Assembly: GCA_963796965.1 (NCBI GenBank)
Contig: CAWCNS010000016.1
Location: 32,001-96,000, forward strand
DNA from: Calditrichia bacterium
GTDB lineage: Bacteria; Calditrichota; Calditrichia; JAJRVZ01
Direction: 5' to 3'
DNA length: 64,000 nt
The notes below the pieces were generated by a model. It saw nothing but the letters and a program-made list of their open reading frames with translations, did no database searches and was not told the DNA's origin. Below are positions 45,517 to 54,123 of this stretch, one piece after another. A program made the translations under genes and the position numbers. Each line of letters starts with the position of its first letter. Position 1 is the first letter of the stretch.

Positions 45517-45648
45517 ATATTCAATAGTCAACACGGAATATTCTCCGAAGGAGTCCTTTGGACAATATATGCAAAGAGTGAAACGTGAAATGTCAAATGT
45601 GAAACACAGAAAAAAGATACAGCGCATCTGTAAGGTAATATATAATGG
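45517..45648 (+). repeat. Modular composite intergenic repeat, copy E
   Basis: Same modules without the terminal REP. Confidence 0.8.
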
Positions 45649-45747
45649 TATAATTATTTTAAAGAGTTTTGTATAAATATACAAAATATAATCATAATCA
45701 TATAAAGAGAAAACCAGGGTTGAAGGGCTAAGGGTAGTGAAAAATAG

Positions 45748-45780
45748 AAAAAACCTGCGACCGGATGATCGCAGGTTTTT
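45748..45780 (-). terminator. Intrinsic (likely bidirectional) terminator
   Basis: AAAAACCTGCGA-ccggatga-TCGCAGGTTTTT downstream of the minus-strand gene ending at 45827. Confidence 0.75.
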
Positions 45781-45826
45781 CATAACCGAGGATACAATAG
45801 AATGAGAATACTATCTATTTTAAATG

Positions 45827-46267
45827 TTACTCGGTGGAGGCAGTGGCTGTATTATCGGCATACCTTTCATCCACTTCTGTCTCTATTGTAGGATTGTCCT
45901 TGCAACACATAATTGCCAGAAGTTGATGACGGATTGCAGGATCTGATTCTTCGTTGAAATCATCTTTTATTGAATCCAGGAACCAATCATTTTGCATTTT
46001 GTAGAGCGCAACGAGGGCTAATTGTCGCATTTTAACGTTTTCATGTTCTTTAAAGATAACGTAAACATCATAGGCGGCTTCATGAACCCATACTTTGCCT
46101 TCATGTTTAATGATCATCTGCATGGCTGAAGCCTTAAGACCATCATTGTCAGAACGTAATGCCTGGACAAGATTGTCGCTAAAAGTATTCCACTCATCCG
46201 AAGCGGAAGCATTACTGAAAACCATTGCCATCGCAAAGACTAAGGAAACAATTACGAGCTTCTTCAT
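45827..46267 (-). CDS. Secreted hypothetical protein with HEAT-like repeats
   Basis: GGAGG RBS; signal peptide MKKLVIVS..ASA; helical repeats (VKMRQLALVALYK). Confidence 0.7.
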   Translation of the reverse strand: MKKLVIVSLVFAMAMVFSNASASDEWNTFSDNLVQALRSDNDGLKASAMQMIIKHEGKVWVHEAAYDVYVIFKEHENVKMRQLALVALYKMQNDWFLDSIKDDFNEESDPAIRHQLLAIMCCKDNPTIETEVDERYADNTATASTE

Positions 46268-46761
46268 GATATGTACCTCCATTTGTTTGGTTTTTATTTT
46301 CTTATCTCTTCTGAATTACTTTACGTGATGCCCAATTGAATGTTGCATATTTTTTAAAAATTATACTTGAAATCTAATTTTTATGCAGTTTTATACGGAA
46401 AATAAATCCCATAAAAACATTGATTTAGAGAAAGACAAAAAAAATCAAATTATTTTTAAAAAAAATTATAAAAATCCATTCTTTTCTATCCTTTTATCCA
46501 GAAATGAACAAGGAAAAATGTTGAAAGTTAATGCGATTATTAAGACATATGAACCATAATTTTGTTGTGCTTTAATCTATCAAATGTGACAAAAGAAAAA
46601 TTTTGCAATCAAATTAAAATTATAAAAGGGAGTAAACTTTTTGATTCAATAATTATAAAATTGTAAGATAATCTATATTTCATTCATTTATTTCTGCATT
46701 ACTTATAATTCTTCCTACTTTGTTTATTATGTTTGCACATATTAATTGAAAGAACTTTTTT

Positions 46762-48057
46762 ATGAAACATCTGGTTATATTGGGAAATGGGATTACAGGT
46801 ATCACCGTTGCACGCCATGTGCGCAAACAAAGTGATATGAAAATCACAATCATTTCAGCGGAATCACAACACTTTTTCTCCCGAACGGCATTAATGTATA
46901 TTTTTATGGGGCATATGAAGTACGAAGATACAAAACCCTATGAGGATTCCTTTTGGGAAAAAAACCGTATCGATCTTATTCACGGTTTTGTAAATGAGGT
47001 GAATTGTTCAAAAAAGTGTTTGGGTATGGATGATGGGAGGGAAATCACATATGATGTTTTGGTTGTGGCAACGGGATCGAAGAGTAATTCCTTTTCCTGG
47101 CCAGGCAGCAATTTGGAAGGGGTGCAAGGTCTTTATTCTCTCCAGGATCTTAGCTTGTTGGAGGAAAACATAAAAAAAGCTTCCAGGTCGGTCATTGTCG
47201 GGGGGGGCTTGATTGGATTCGAATTAGCAGAGATGCTTTTGTCAAGGGGGATTCAGGTAACTTTTCTGGTTCGGGAAGATTATTGTTGGAATATTGTACT
47301 ACCCGAGGAAGAAGCGAAGCTGGTCAGCCGGCATATTGTTGAGCATGGCGTTGACCTTAGGCTCAAAACTGAATTGAAAGAGATCCTTCCTGCTAGTGAT
47401 GGCGGTGTTGATGCTGTTCTTACGCAGGATGAAGAAAAGATTAATTGTCAATTCGTCGGTATCACTATTGGTGTGCATCCAAATATTGAGATTATCAAAA
47501 ATTCTGATATTAATACAGGTCGTGGAGTGCTGGTAAATGAATTTTTGGAAACAAATATACCTGATGTATATGCGGCAGGTGATTGTGCTGAAATTGAAAT
47601 CGAAAATAGACCTCTTAACCGTGTAGAACAGCTATGGTATACCGGTCGTATGCAGGGGAAAGTTTTAGCTAAAACAATTTGTGGTGACCGTACAGCCTAT
47701 GACAGGGGGATTTGGTATAATTCAGCAAAGTTTTTTGATATTGAATATCAAACTTATGGACAGGTTGGGAATGTTCTTCAATCTGGAGAAAAAAGTTTGT
47801 ATTGGGAGCATCCAAACGGCAGAAAATGTCTTCGATTGCTATATAAACAAGATTCTGGTGCATTTTTAGGAGCGAATATTTTGGGTGGAAGATTAAGGCA
47901 AAATGTTTGTGAAAAGTGGATAAGGGAAGAACAAAATATTACCTATGTGCTGAAAAACCTAAGGTCGGCAAATTTTGATCCTGAATTCTTCGCACAAGAT
48001 GAAGAGGAGATTGCCAGAGAATTTAAAAGTCAAGGTGTTGGTGTCACTATATCTTGA
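46762..48057 (+). CDS. FAD/NAD(P)-dependent oxidoreductase (pyridine nucleotide-disulfide family)
   Basis: GNGITG, VATGS, GGGLIG, YAAGDC. Confidence 0.9.
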   Translation: MKHLVILGNGITGITVARHVRKQSDMKITIISAESQHFFSRTALMYIFMGHMKYEDTKPYEDSFWEKNRIDLIHGFVNEVNCSKKCLGMDDGREITYDVLVVATGSKSNSFSWPGSNLEGVQGLYSLQDLSLLEENIKKASRSVIVGGGLIGFELAEMLLSRGIQVTFLVREDYCWNIVLPEEEAKLVSRHIVEHGVDLRLKTELKEILPASDGGVDAVLTQDEEKINCQFVGITIGVHPNIEIIKNSDINTGRGVLVNEFLETNIPDVYAAGDCAEIEIENRPLNRVEQLWYTGRMQGKVLAKTICGDRTAYDRGIWYNSAKFFDIEYQTYGQVGNVLQSGEKSLYWEHPNGRKCLRLLYKQDSGAFLGANILGGRLRQNVCEKWIREEQNITYVLKNLRSANFDPEFFAQDEEEIAREFKSQGVGVTIS

Positions 48058-48117
48058 AGGGTGGAAACAGTAGGCTAAGATTAAATGAATGGAATTCGTA
48101 ACTGGTAATTAGGAATT

Positions 48118-48357
48118 CAGTTAAGATATAGTTATGTAGTAATAAACACTGGAATATCAAATAATTTTATTAGTACCACCACGGTGGGACTTGATTTAAA
48201 GAACTCACCCTAAATCCCTCTCTTGAGAAGAGAGGGACTTTAAGGAGCCCCTTCTCTTTCCTTTCCCGCAAGTGCGGGACTCAGGGTGACGAGAAGGGGT
48301 TTGGAATGAGTTTTTCACTTAAAACATTGATTATTTTTTTTAAACCAGACACTCATG
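48118..48357 (-). mobile_element. MITE copy 4, degenerate (one TIR lost)
   Basis: Ends AAACCAGACACTCATG at 48357; interior matches copy 3; left end eroded, no TSD visible. Confidence 0.75.
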
Positions 48358-48477
48358 GTAGCGGGTAATTAGTAATTCGGAATTTGAAAATTATTTACCA
48401 ATTGCTAATTACGCAAGTGAGATTTTCATTTTTTGGGTCTGTGTTTTTTGTTCTGTTAATCATATAAGGGTAAAAAT

Positions 48478-49794
48478 ATGGAATTGGTTCAAATAGACGG
48501 TGTGAAGATCCAATCTAAGCATCAGGATTTTTCAATGCTGAAAAAACTCGGAATGACCCTCCTATCTATAGGATTGTTTTTCTTATTGTTAGGCCTGTCA
48601 TCATTAGGAAAAAATTATGCATCAATCATGCTTATATTAAGTGTTGGTCTTATTGTATTAGGTGGCATAGGTTATATCACTGCAATCAGCAGGGCAGAGC
48701 CATCCGGAATTAAAAATAATGGAGTTATGTTTCGTTCACTAACATCCAAAGGTATGGCTGCCTGGATTTTGGCTATTTTCCTTACATCATTTTACATCGT
48801 TCTATACTGGTTTCCCTTTTTATTAGAAAACTGGATCCGTCTCGTCGATCCGATAGCTTATCTGATTATGAAACAACCAGCCGATCGGTGGTTTTTATAC
48901 GGCACATTTTACACGATTGCAGTCCTGATCATGGGCCTGTATATGATCTATTATAAATACCGGCATAATCGTTATCATCAGATCCGCACCCTTTCGATCA
49001 TGTTTTTCCAGTTCGGTTTTGCCTATTTAATCCCCTATGTCTTAAAGGGATTAAACCAACCAGATTTCTATTTCAGCTATTTCTGGCCTTTGAAATATGA
49101 TTATTTATTTCCGGGAACCGTGGGGTATTTATTTAATCATCCCGGTGGCTTGGGTATGTTTATGTTCTTTTGGGGAGCAATTATGTCCTTTGTTGCAGTA
49201 CCAGTTTTAACCTATTTTTTTGGTAAAAGATGGTATTGTTCCTGGGTATGCGGTTGTGGTGGATTAGCAAATACAGCCGGTGATCCATTTCGCCATCTTT
49301 CTGACAAGTCTGTTGGGGCCTGGAAGTTAGAGCGCTGGTCAATTCATTCTGTATTAGTGTTCGTGATAATAACGACGATTTTGATATGGACCAACTCCCT
49401 GTCGGGTAGGGAAATCTTTGGTCAGCTTTCCCAAACTATTAGTAAAATTTATGGGTTTTTGATTGGTGCCATGTTCGCTGGTGTCATTGGGGTTGGGTTT
49501 TACCCTCTTTTAGGTAGTCGGGTCTGGTGCCGGTTTGGTTGCCCCCTCGCGGCAATTCTGGGTATCATACAAAAGTATTTTTCCCGATTCCGGATTACAA
49601 CCAATGGAAGTCAATGTATATCCTGCGGAAATTGTTCAACCTATTGTGAGATGGGTATTGATGTGCGCTGGTATGCCCAGCGTAAACAAAATATTATTCG
49701 TGCTTCTTGTGTAGGATGCGGTGTTTGCGCGGCGGTTTGTCCGCGGGGCGTGCTTCGTTTGGAGAATGGCTCCCTGGTTGGCCGTATGGAGTAA
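48478..49794 (+). CDS. Membrane 4Fe-4S ferredoxin-type protein (NapH/MauN-like)
   Basis: TM helices; RWYCSWVCGCG, WCRFGCP, CISCGNCSTYC, CVGCGVCAAVCP. Confidence 0.88.
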   Translation: MELVQIDGVKIQSKHQDFSMLKKLGMTLLSIGLFFLLLGLSSLGKNYASIMLILSVGLIVLGGIGYITAISRAEPSGIKNNGVMFRSLTSKGMAAWILAIFLTSFYIVLYWFPFLLENWIRLVDPIAYLIMKQPADRWFLYGTFYTIAVLIMGLYMIYYKYRHNRYHQIRTLSIMFFQFGFAYLIPYVLKGLNQPDFYFSYFWPLKYDYLFPGTVGYLFNHPGGLGMFMFFWGAIMSFVAVPVLTYFFGKRWYCSWVCGCGGLANTAGDPFRHLSDKSVGAWKLERWSIHSVLVFVIITTILIWTNSLSGREIFGQLSQTISKIYGFLIGAMFAGVIGVGFYPLLGSRVWCRFGCPLAAILGIIQKYFSRFRITTNGSQCISCGNCSTYCEMGIDVRWYAQRKQNIIRASCVGCGVCAAVCPRGVLRLENGSLVGRME

Positions 49795-49901
49795 TAGAAG
49801 AGAGAGTGGAGAGTAGAGGGTGGAGCGAAGAGCGAGGAGCGTAGGATTTTGCCTCAACAAGCCCGCCGCCGGAGATGGGAGACAGGAATCAGATTCACAA
49901 T

Positions 49902-49928
49902 GTAGGGGCGGACCTATGTGTCCGCCCT
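49902..49928 (+). repeat. GTAG-type REP palindrome (representative of about 11 copies)
   Basis: GTAGGGGCGGAC-CTATGT-GTCCGCCCT; relatives at 636, 733, 4804, 13138, 15778, 21307, 21447, 25746, 39729, 44765. Confidence 0.8.
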
Positions 49929-50153
49929 TTTTTATTTAAGAAAGCAAAAGATAGTCTCACGAATTACACTAACAGAATTGAAATATAGAATAATGAATAT
50001 TAATAGTTTTTAGAAAATAACGCTTTCGAAGTAAGTTTGGAAATATTTATATTAATATATCTTGAAAATTCGTGATATTCGTAATAATTCGTGTGATTAG
50101 TGGATATCTTTTCTCTGCGGCTTTGCGACTCTGCGTGAGAAAAAATATCTTGT

Positions 50154-51392
50154 TTATGCAAATAAAATCCGAAGATAAAACAAAGGATTAGCCAGCCTTT
50201 TCCGCGGTACCTCGTTTGCCAGCATTCCGGCAATGATGTTACTGACTTCAGCATTTCTCGCTGCCTTTTTAATCACCAGATTTAAGAGAAAGCGGTATTT
50301 GCCGATCTTTTGCAATTTTGTACTCACCTTTAATTCATTTCCTATAACCTTCCATAACTCATTTTCATACTTTGACAGAAAGGTTTCACTAAAATCATTG
50401 GCATCAATGGCTTTTTTTGATGTCTCAACCGCGAATTTTGCAGAATACAGGGCATTCCCTATGCCTTCTCCGGTAAAGGGATCGATCAAACCGGCGGCAT
50501 CTCCTAACAACATAAATCCGTTCCCATAACTTTTACGTCGCTTGCTGCCTACGGGTAAATTCCAACCCACAGGTTTTTCCATTGGTTCGGCCCCCTGAAA
50601 GCGATCTTTAAAATAGGGGCTGTTAATCGTATCATTAAGTGCTTTATTTAGATCAATATTTTGTTTTTTGATGTATTTATGCAGCATACCAATACCGATA
50701 TTAGCATAGCCTTCCTCTAAGGGGAAAATCCAAAAATAGCCCGGGATCACTTCATCAACATAATGTAATTCAATTTGATCAGTCAGATCTTTTACATCTT
50801 TATAATAGCAGCGGAGGGCGACAACCCAGTGGTTGGGATCATGATCATAAAGTCCACTTTTGCGTGCGACGATAGATTTATACCCATCAGCCCCTAAAAC
50901 TATTTTTCCTTTAAAGATTTTTTCATTGCCATCCCTATCTTTCCCCCGCACACCACATACCCTATCCTTTTCAATTAGAAGATCGGATACTGAAAATTTT
51001 TCGATAGTTTTTGTTGCCACTTTTTTAGCTTGATCGAACATAAATGCATCATAATTTTTCCGCCTGATCACAAAACCCTTTGGAATATCTTTAAGTTTGG
51101 TGTTTCTCAAATCGATACGAAACGAGTCATGGCTTGGGCTGCTAAAGACGATAGATTGAATATTAGCACCTGGTAGATTTTGTACTTCTTCAAGTAGATT
51201 TAACTCACGAAGAGCAGTAACTGATTTTCCTGAAAGGGCATCCCCACAGATTTTGTCGCGAGGGAAATCCTCTTTATCAAGTAAAAGGGTTGTTAAGCCC
51301 TGGCGCGAGGCATGTAATGCCGCTGCGCTTCCCGCAGGTCCTGCCCCGACTATTATAAGGTCGTAAACTTTATCGTTATTCTGTTTCATCAT
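50154..51392 (-). CDS. Geranylgeranyl reductase-family flavoprotein
   Basis: GAGPAGS, PRDKICGD, GADG, GYFWIFP, GDAAGLIDPFTGEGI. Confidence 0.9.
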   Translation of the reverse strand: MMKQNNDKVYDLIIVGAGPAGSAAALHASRQGLTTLLLDKEDFPRDKICGDALSGKSVTALRELNLLEEVQNLPGANIQSIVFSSPSHDSFRIDLRNTKLKDIPKGFVIRRKNYDAFMFDQAKKVATKTIEKFSVSDLLIEKDRVCGVRGKDRDGNEKIFKGKIVLGADGYKSIVARKSGLYDHDPNHWVVALRCYYKDVKDLTDQIELHYVDEVIPGYFWIFPLEEGYANIGIGMLHKYIKKQNIDLNKALNDTINSPYFKDRFQGAEPMEKPVGWNLPVGSKRRKSYGNGFMLLGDAAGLIDPFTGEGIGNALYSAKFAVETSKKAIDANDFSETFLSKYENELWKVIGNELKVSTKLQKIGKYRFLLNLVIKKAARNAEVSNIIAGMLANEVPRKRLANPLFYLRILFA

Positions 51393-51566
51393 CTTAGTAA
51401 TATTCTTTCCAAATTATGTGAAATAATAAAAAAAGAAAGCAGAATGCCGAATGCAGAAAGCAGTTACCTATACACTATTAATATCTCATAGTGTATAATT
51501 AAGTACTGCTTTCAGCTTTCTGCTCTCTGCTTTCCTCTATGCCTATAACTTATTTTTAATCAGAGA

Positions 51567-51914
51567 TTATCCCGGAGGCCACATGAGCCTGCGACCACCA
51601 AGGAGATGAAAATGAAGATGAAAGATGGTCTGCCCGCCATTTTTTCCCTCGTTCATCAACAAACGGTAGCCACCTTCATCTAATCCAAAATCTTTTGCAA
51701 TTTGCCTGGCCACAATTACCATCTTTCCAAGAATCGCTGCATCTGATTCATCAGCCGCAGTCAATTTGGGTATGCGTTTCCTGGGTACGATGAGAATGTG
51801 TACAGGCGCCTGAGGATTTATATCTTTAAAGGCAACGACATCTTCATCTTCATAGATAAATTCGGCAGGCTTCTTTTTGTCGATAATCTGACTAAAAATG
51901 GTTTCTTCTTCCAC
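51567..51914 (-). CDS. hinT: Histidine triad nucleotide-binding protein
   Basis: AFKDINPQAPVH, HLHFH, GGRRLMWPPG. Confidence 0.9.
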   Translation of the reverse strand: MEEETIFSQIIDKKKPAEFIYEDEDVVAFKDINPQAPVHILIVPRKRIPKLTAADESDAAILGKMVIVARQIAKDFGLDEGGYRLLMNEGKNGGQTIFHLHFHLLGGRRLMWPPG

Positions 51915-51933
51915 AAACGCCCTCCTCAGAGTA

Positions 51934-52648
51934 TTAATTTCTTAAAAGATTAATAAATGAGGCTGCAGTAATTGCAGCCGTCTCAGTTCTTAGCCGGTAA
52001 TCTCCAAATGTAATGGGTCGATATCCATTTTTTTTACAGAATTCAATCTCCTCTTCATCCAGGCCACCTTCAGGACCGAGCAAGAAGATAATGTCTTTCT
52101 TCCGCGGAACGGTATTCTCTGATAATAAATCGGAGAATTGCTGCTCTGTATTTTGTTCCGCGATATATTTGAATGAAATCCCGGCCGTTTCTGAATATGA
52201 CATTTTTAAAGTTAGAGATGATCTTTATCTCGGGTAAATATACCCGGTTGCTCTGTTTCATCGCCTGACGGGAGATTTTTTCCCATCGACCTTTATTGTC
52301 TGTCTGGTAATTCGAATATCGACTGGGAAAGAGATAAAAATGAGAGATACCCAGTTCGGTTGCTTTCTCTATCAGATAATCCATTCGTGCCGGCCGGATA
52401 AATCCAATCCCAAGTGCGGATTTTTCTGGCACTGGCCAAAATTTTCGGTCTGTTGATGAAAAGGCCGCACGAAGAACGGGCTGAGTAGCGATTATCCTGC
52501 CTTGATACAGGTAGCCTTTTCCATCAGTGAACTGAATCAGATCCCCTGATTGTTTACGCATCGTTTTCAGGATATGTCTGGATTCAAAAGCATCGAATGT
52601 TGCTTCATTCTTACTTATGTTTTCTGATTCAGTAAAATACAATTCCAT
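51934..52648 (-). CDS. rsmE: 16S rRNA m3U1498 methyltransferase (frameshift near 52195)
   Basis: EKATELG, AMKQS, GPEGG, LRTETA across two ORFs. Confidence 0.9.
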
Positions 52649-52955
52649 AGTTATAAAACCAATATGATAAATTAATGAATTAAAATCAATATCAATTTAT
52701 AAGGTTATTGCACTATTACATCACTTGGAATGTTGTGTTTAAATCAATAAGTTATAGGTAGATTAAATTAATGATCTCTCGCAGCGCTGCGACGTCGCAA
52801 CGAATTTTTCCACGGATTACGCTCGTAGAACGGGCCGGGCCAAATTATATCGAATTTCGCTCGTAGAACGAGCCAGGTCGAATTTATAAATATGTTTTAG
52901 AATTGTGATTTTATATTTTGATATTGTTTAGAAATTAGAATTTAGGATTTAAAAG

Positions 52956-53461
52956 ATGTGGATATTAAAAAATATTACACTATTATGCATTGTCATTATT
53001 TTTAAATTATCTTGTCAGTCAGAAAGGCTTTGAAGGATCACGGTCCTGCTAAAAACTTTACCCTTTATGATACCGATTCAATCCGCTATGAATTAGCGGA
53101 TTATAAGGGGAAAATTGTAATGATTCATTTCTGGGCGGATTGGTGTCCCAACTGCCGTGGTGAGTTTCCGAAGATACAAGCGGCCTACGAAAAAATATCG
53201 TCTGATGATTTCGAGATTCTGGCGGTAAATTCAGGACAATCAAGGGCCCATGTGAGGGAGATTAGAGAGAGTTATCAATTAACTTATCCCTTATTGGTTG
53301 ACCGGGAAACAAATACAGCAGAGTTGTATGAAGTGGCAGGTTTGCCCAGTACGTTTTTTGTCGACAGAACCGGTAAAGTTGTTAAGATAAATGTGGGTTG
53401 GTTAGAAGCGGATGACATTCTTTCAACTTACGAACAACTAAAAAATGATACAAAAGAGTAG
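52956..53461 (+). CDS. TlpA/ResA-like thiol-disulfide oxidoreductase, probable lipoprotein (frameshift near 53020)
   Basis: FWADWCPNC, LPSTFFVD; upstream ATG 52956 gives a signal peptide ending LSC in another frame. Confidence 0.85.
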
Positions 53462-53472
53462 TCTGGGAGTGT

Positions 53473-53501
53473 TTGACATTAGGGCTTAAAACAAGTAAAT
53501 T
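53473..53501 (+). promoter_or_regulatory. Sigma70-type promoter of tRNA-Leu
   Basis: TTGACA (53473-53478), 17-bp spacer, TAAATT (53496-53501). Confidence 0.7.
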
Positions 53502-53517
53502 TTAGCCTTTAAATGAT

Positions 53518-53603
53518 GCCGAAGTGGTGGAATTGGTAGACACGACGGATTCAAAATCCGTTCCGGTTGATCCCGGGTGGGGGTTCGAGTCCCCCCTTCG
53601 GTA
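53518..53603 (+). tRNA. tRNA-Leu(CAA)
   Basis: Acceptor GCCGAAG/CTTCGGT+A; D-loop AATTGGTA; anticodon stem ACGGA-TTCAAAA-TCCGT; long variable arm; GGTTCGAGT T-loop; CCA not encoded. Confidence 0.95.
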
Positions 53604-53605
53604 CG

Positions 53606-53644
53606 AAAGTTGCAGCATCTGCTTATGATCTGCAACTTTTTTTT
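53606..53644 (+). terminator. Intrinsic terminator after tRNA-Leu
   Basis: AAAGTTGCAG...CTGCAACTTT stem followed by a T-run. Confidence 0.75.
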
Positions 53645-53654
53645 ATGAGAAAAA

Positions 53655-53909
53655 ATGTATTTTGTATATGTCTTACTAAGTGAAAAAGATCAAAAATATT
53701 ACATCGGCCAGACGAATAATCTCGAATCTCGAATAAAGAGACATTCTTTAGGCTATGTAAAATCAACCCGGCATCGTCGTCCCTTTAAATTGATATATCA
53801 TAAAGAACTTTCTTCTCGCTCGGATGCAATTCGGTTTGAGAAATATTTAAAATCTGGAGCTGGACACCAGTTCCTAAAAGCAAAATTGGTAGACACGTCC
53901 CTCGAATAA
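53655..53909 (+). CDS. Small GIY-YIG nuclease-family protein
   Basis: YFVYVL..YYIGQT.NL..R..RH, E..A..FE..LK pattern; 84 aa. Confidence 0.92.
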   Translation: MYFVYVLLSEKDQKYYIGQTNNLESRIKRHSLGYVKSTRHRRPFKLIYHKELSSRSDAIRFEKYLKSGAGHQFLKAKLVDTSLE

Positions 53910-53978
53910 CGAGGTCTTGAAACCGTAAAACGGGATCCGGTTGATCCCGGGTGGGGGTTCAAGTCCCCCCTTCGGTAC
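53884..53978 (+). pseudogene. Remodelled partial duplicate of tRNA-Leu
   Basis: AATTGGTAGACACG (53884-53897) and 53936-53978 match the upstream tRNA (1 mismatch); 5' acceptor strand absent; anticodon arm altered and expanded. Confidence 0.85.
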
Positions 53979-54045
53979 AAAGTTCAGGGTATGCGGAGTA
54001 GATCCCGTTATACGGGAGCCCCCCTTCGCTACTTGTTTTTATTGG

Positions 54046-54088
54046 AATAAAGGGCCAGGCACTATTTTCTTACATGGCCCTTTATTTT
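54046..54088. terminator. Putative bidirectional terminator
   Basis: AATAAAGGGCCA...TGGCCCTTTATT between convergent units. Confidence 0.6.
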
Positions 54089-54123
54089 GTTACTGATACT
54101 ATCTACTATCAGGAAATATTTTC

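Noticed and set aside
52810..52885. CRISPR array
   Set aside because: Only two ~19-nt repeats with a ~19-nt gap that matches another repeat family; no cas genes
53884..53978. Functional second tRNA, or intron-containing tRNA
   Set aside because: The 5' acceptor strand is missing and the insert is far too short for a group I/II intron
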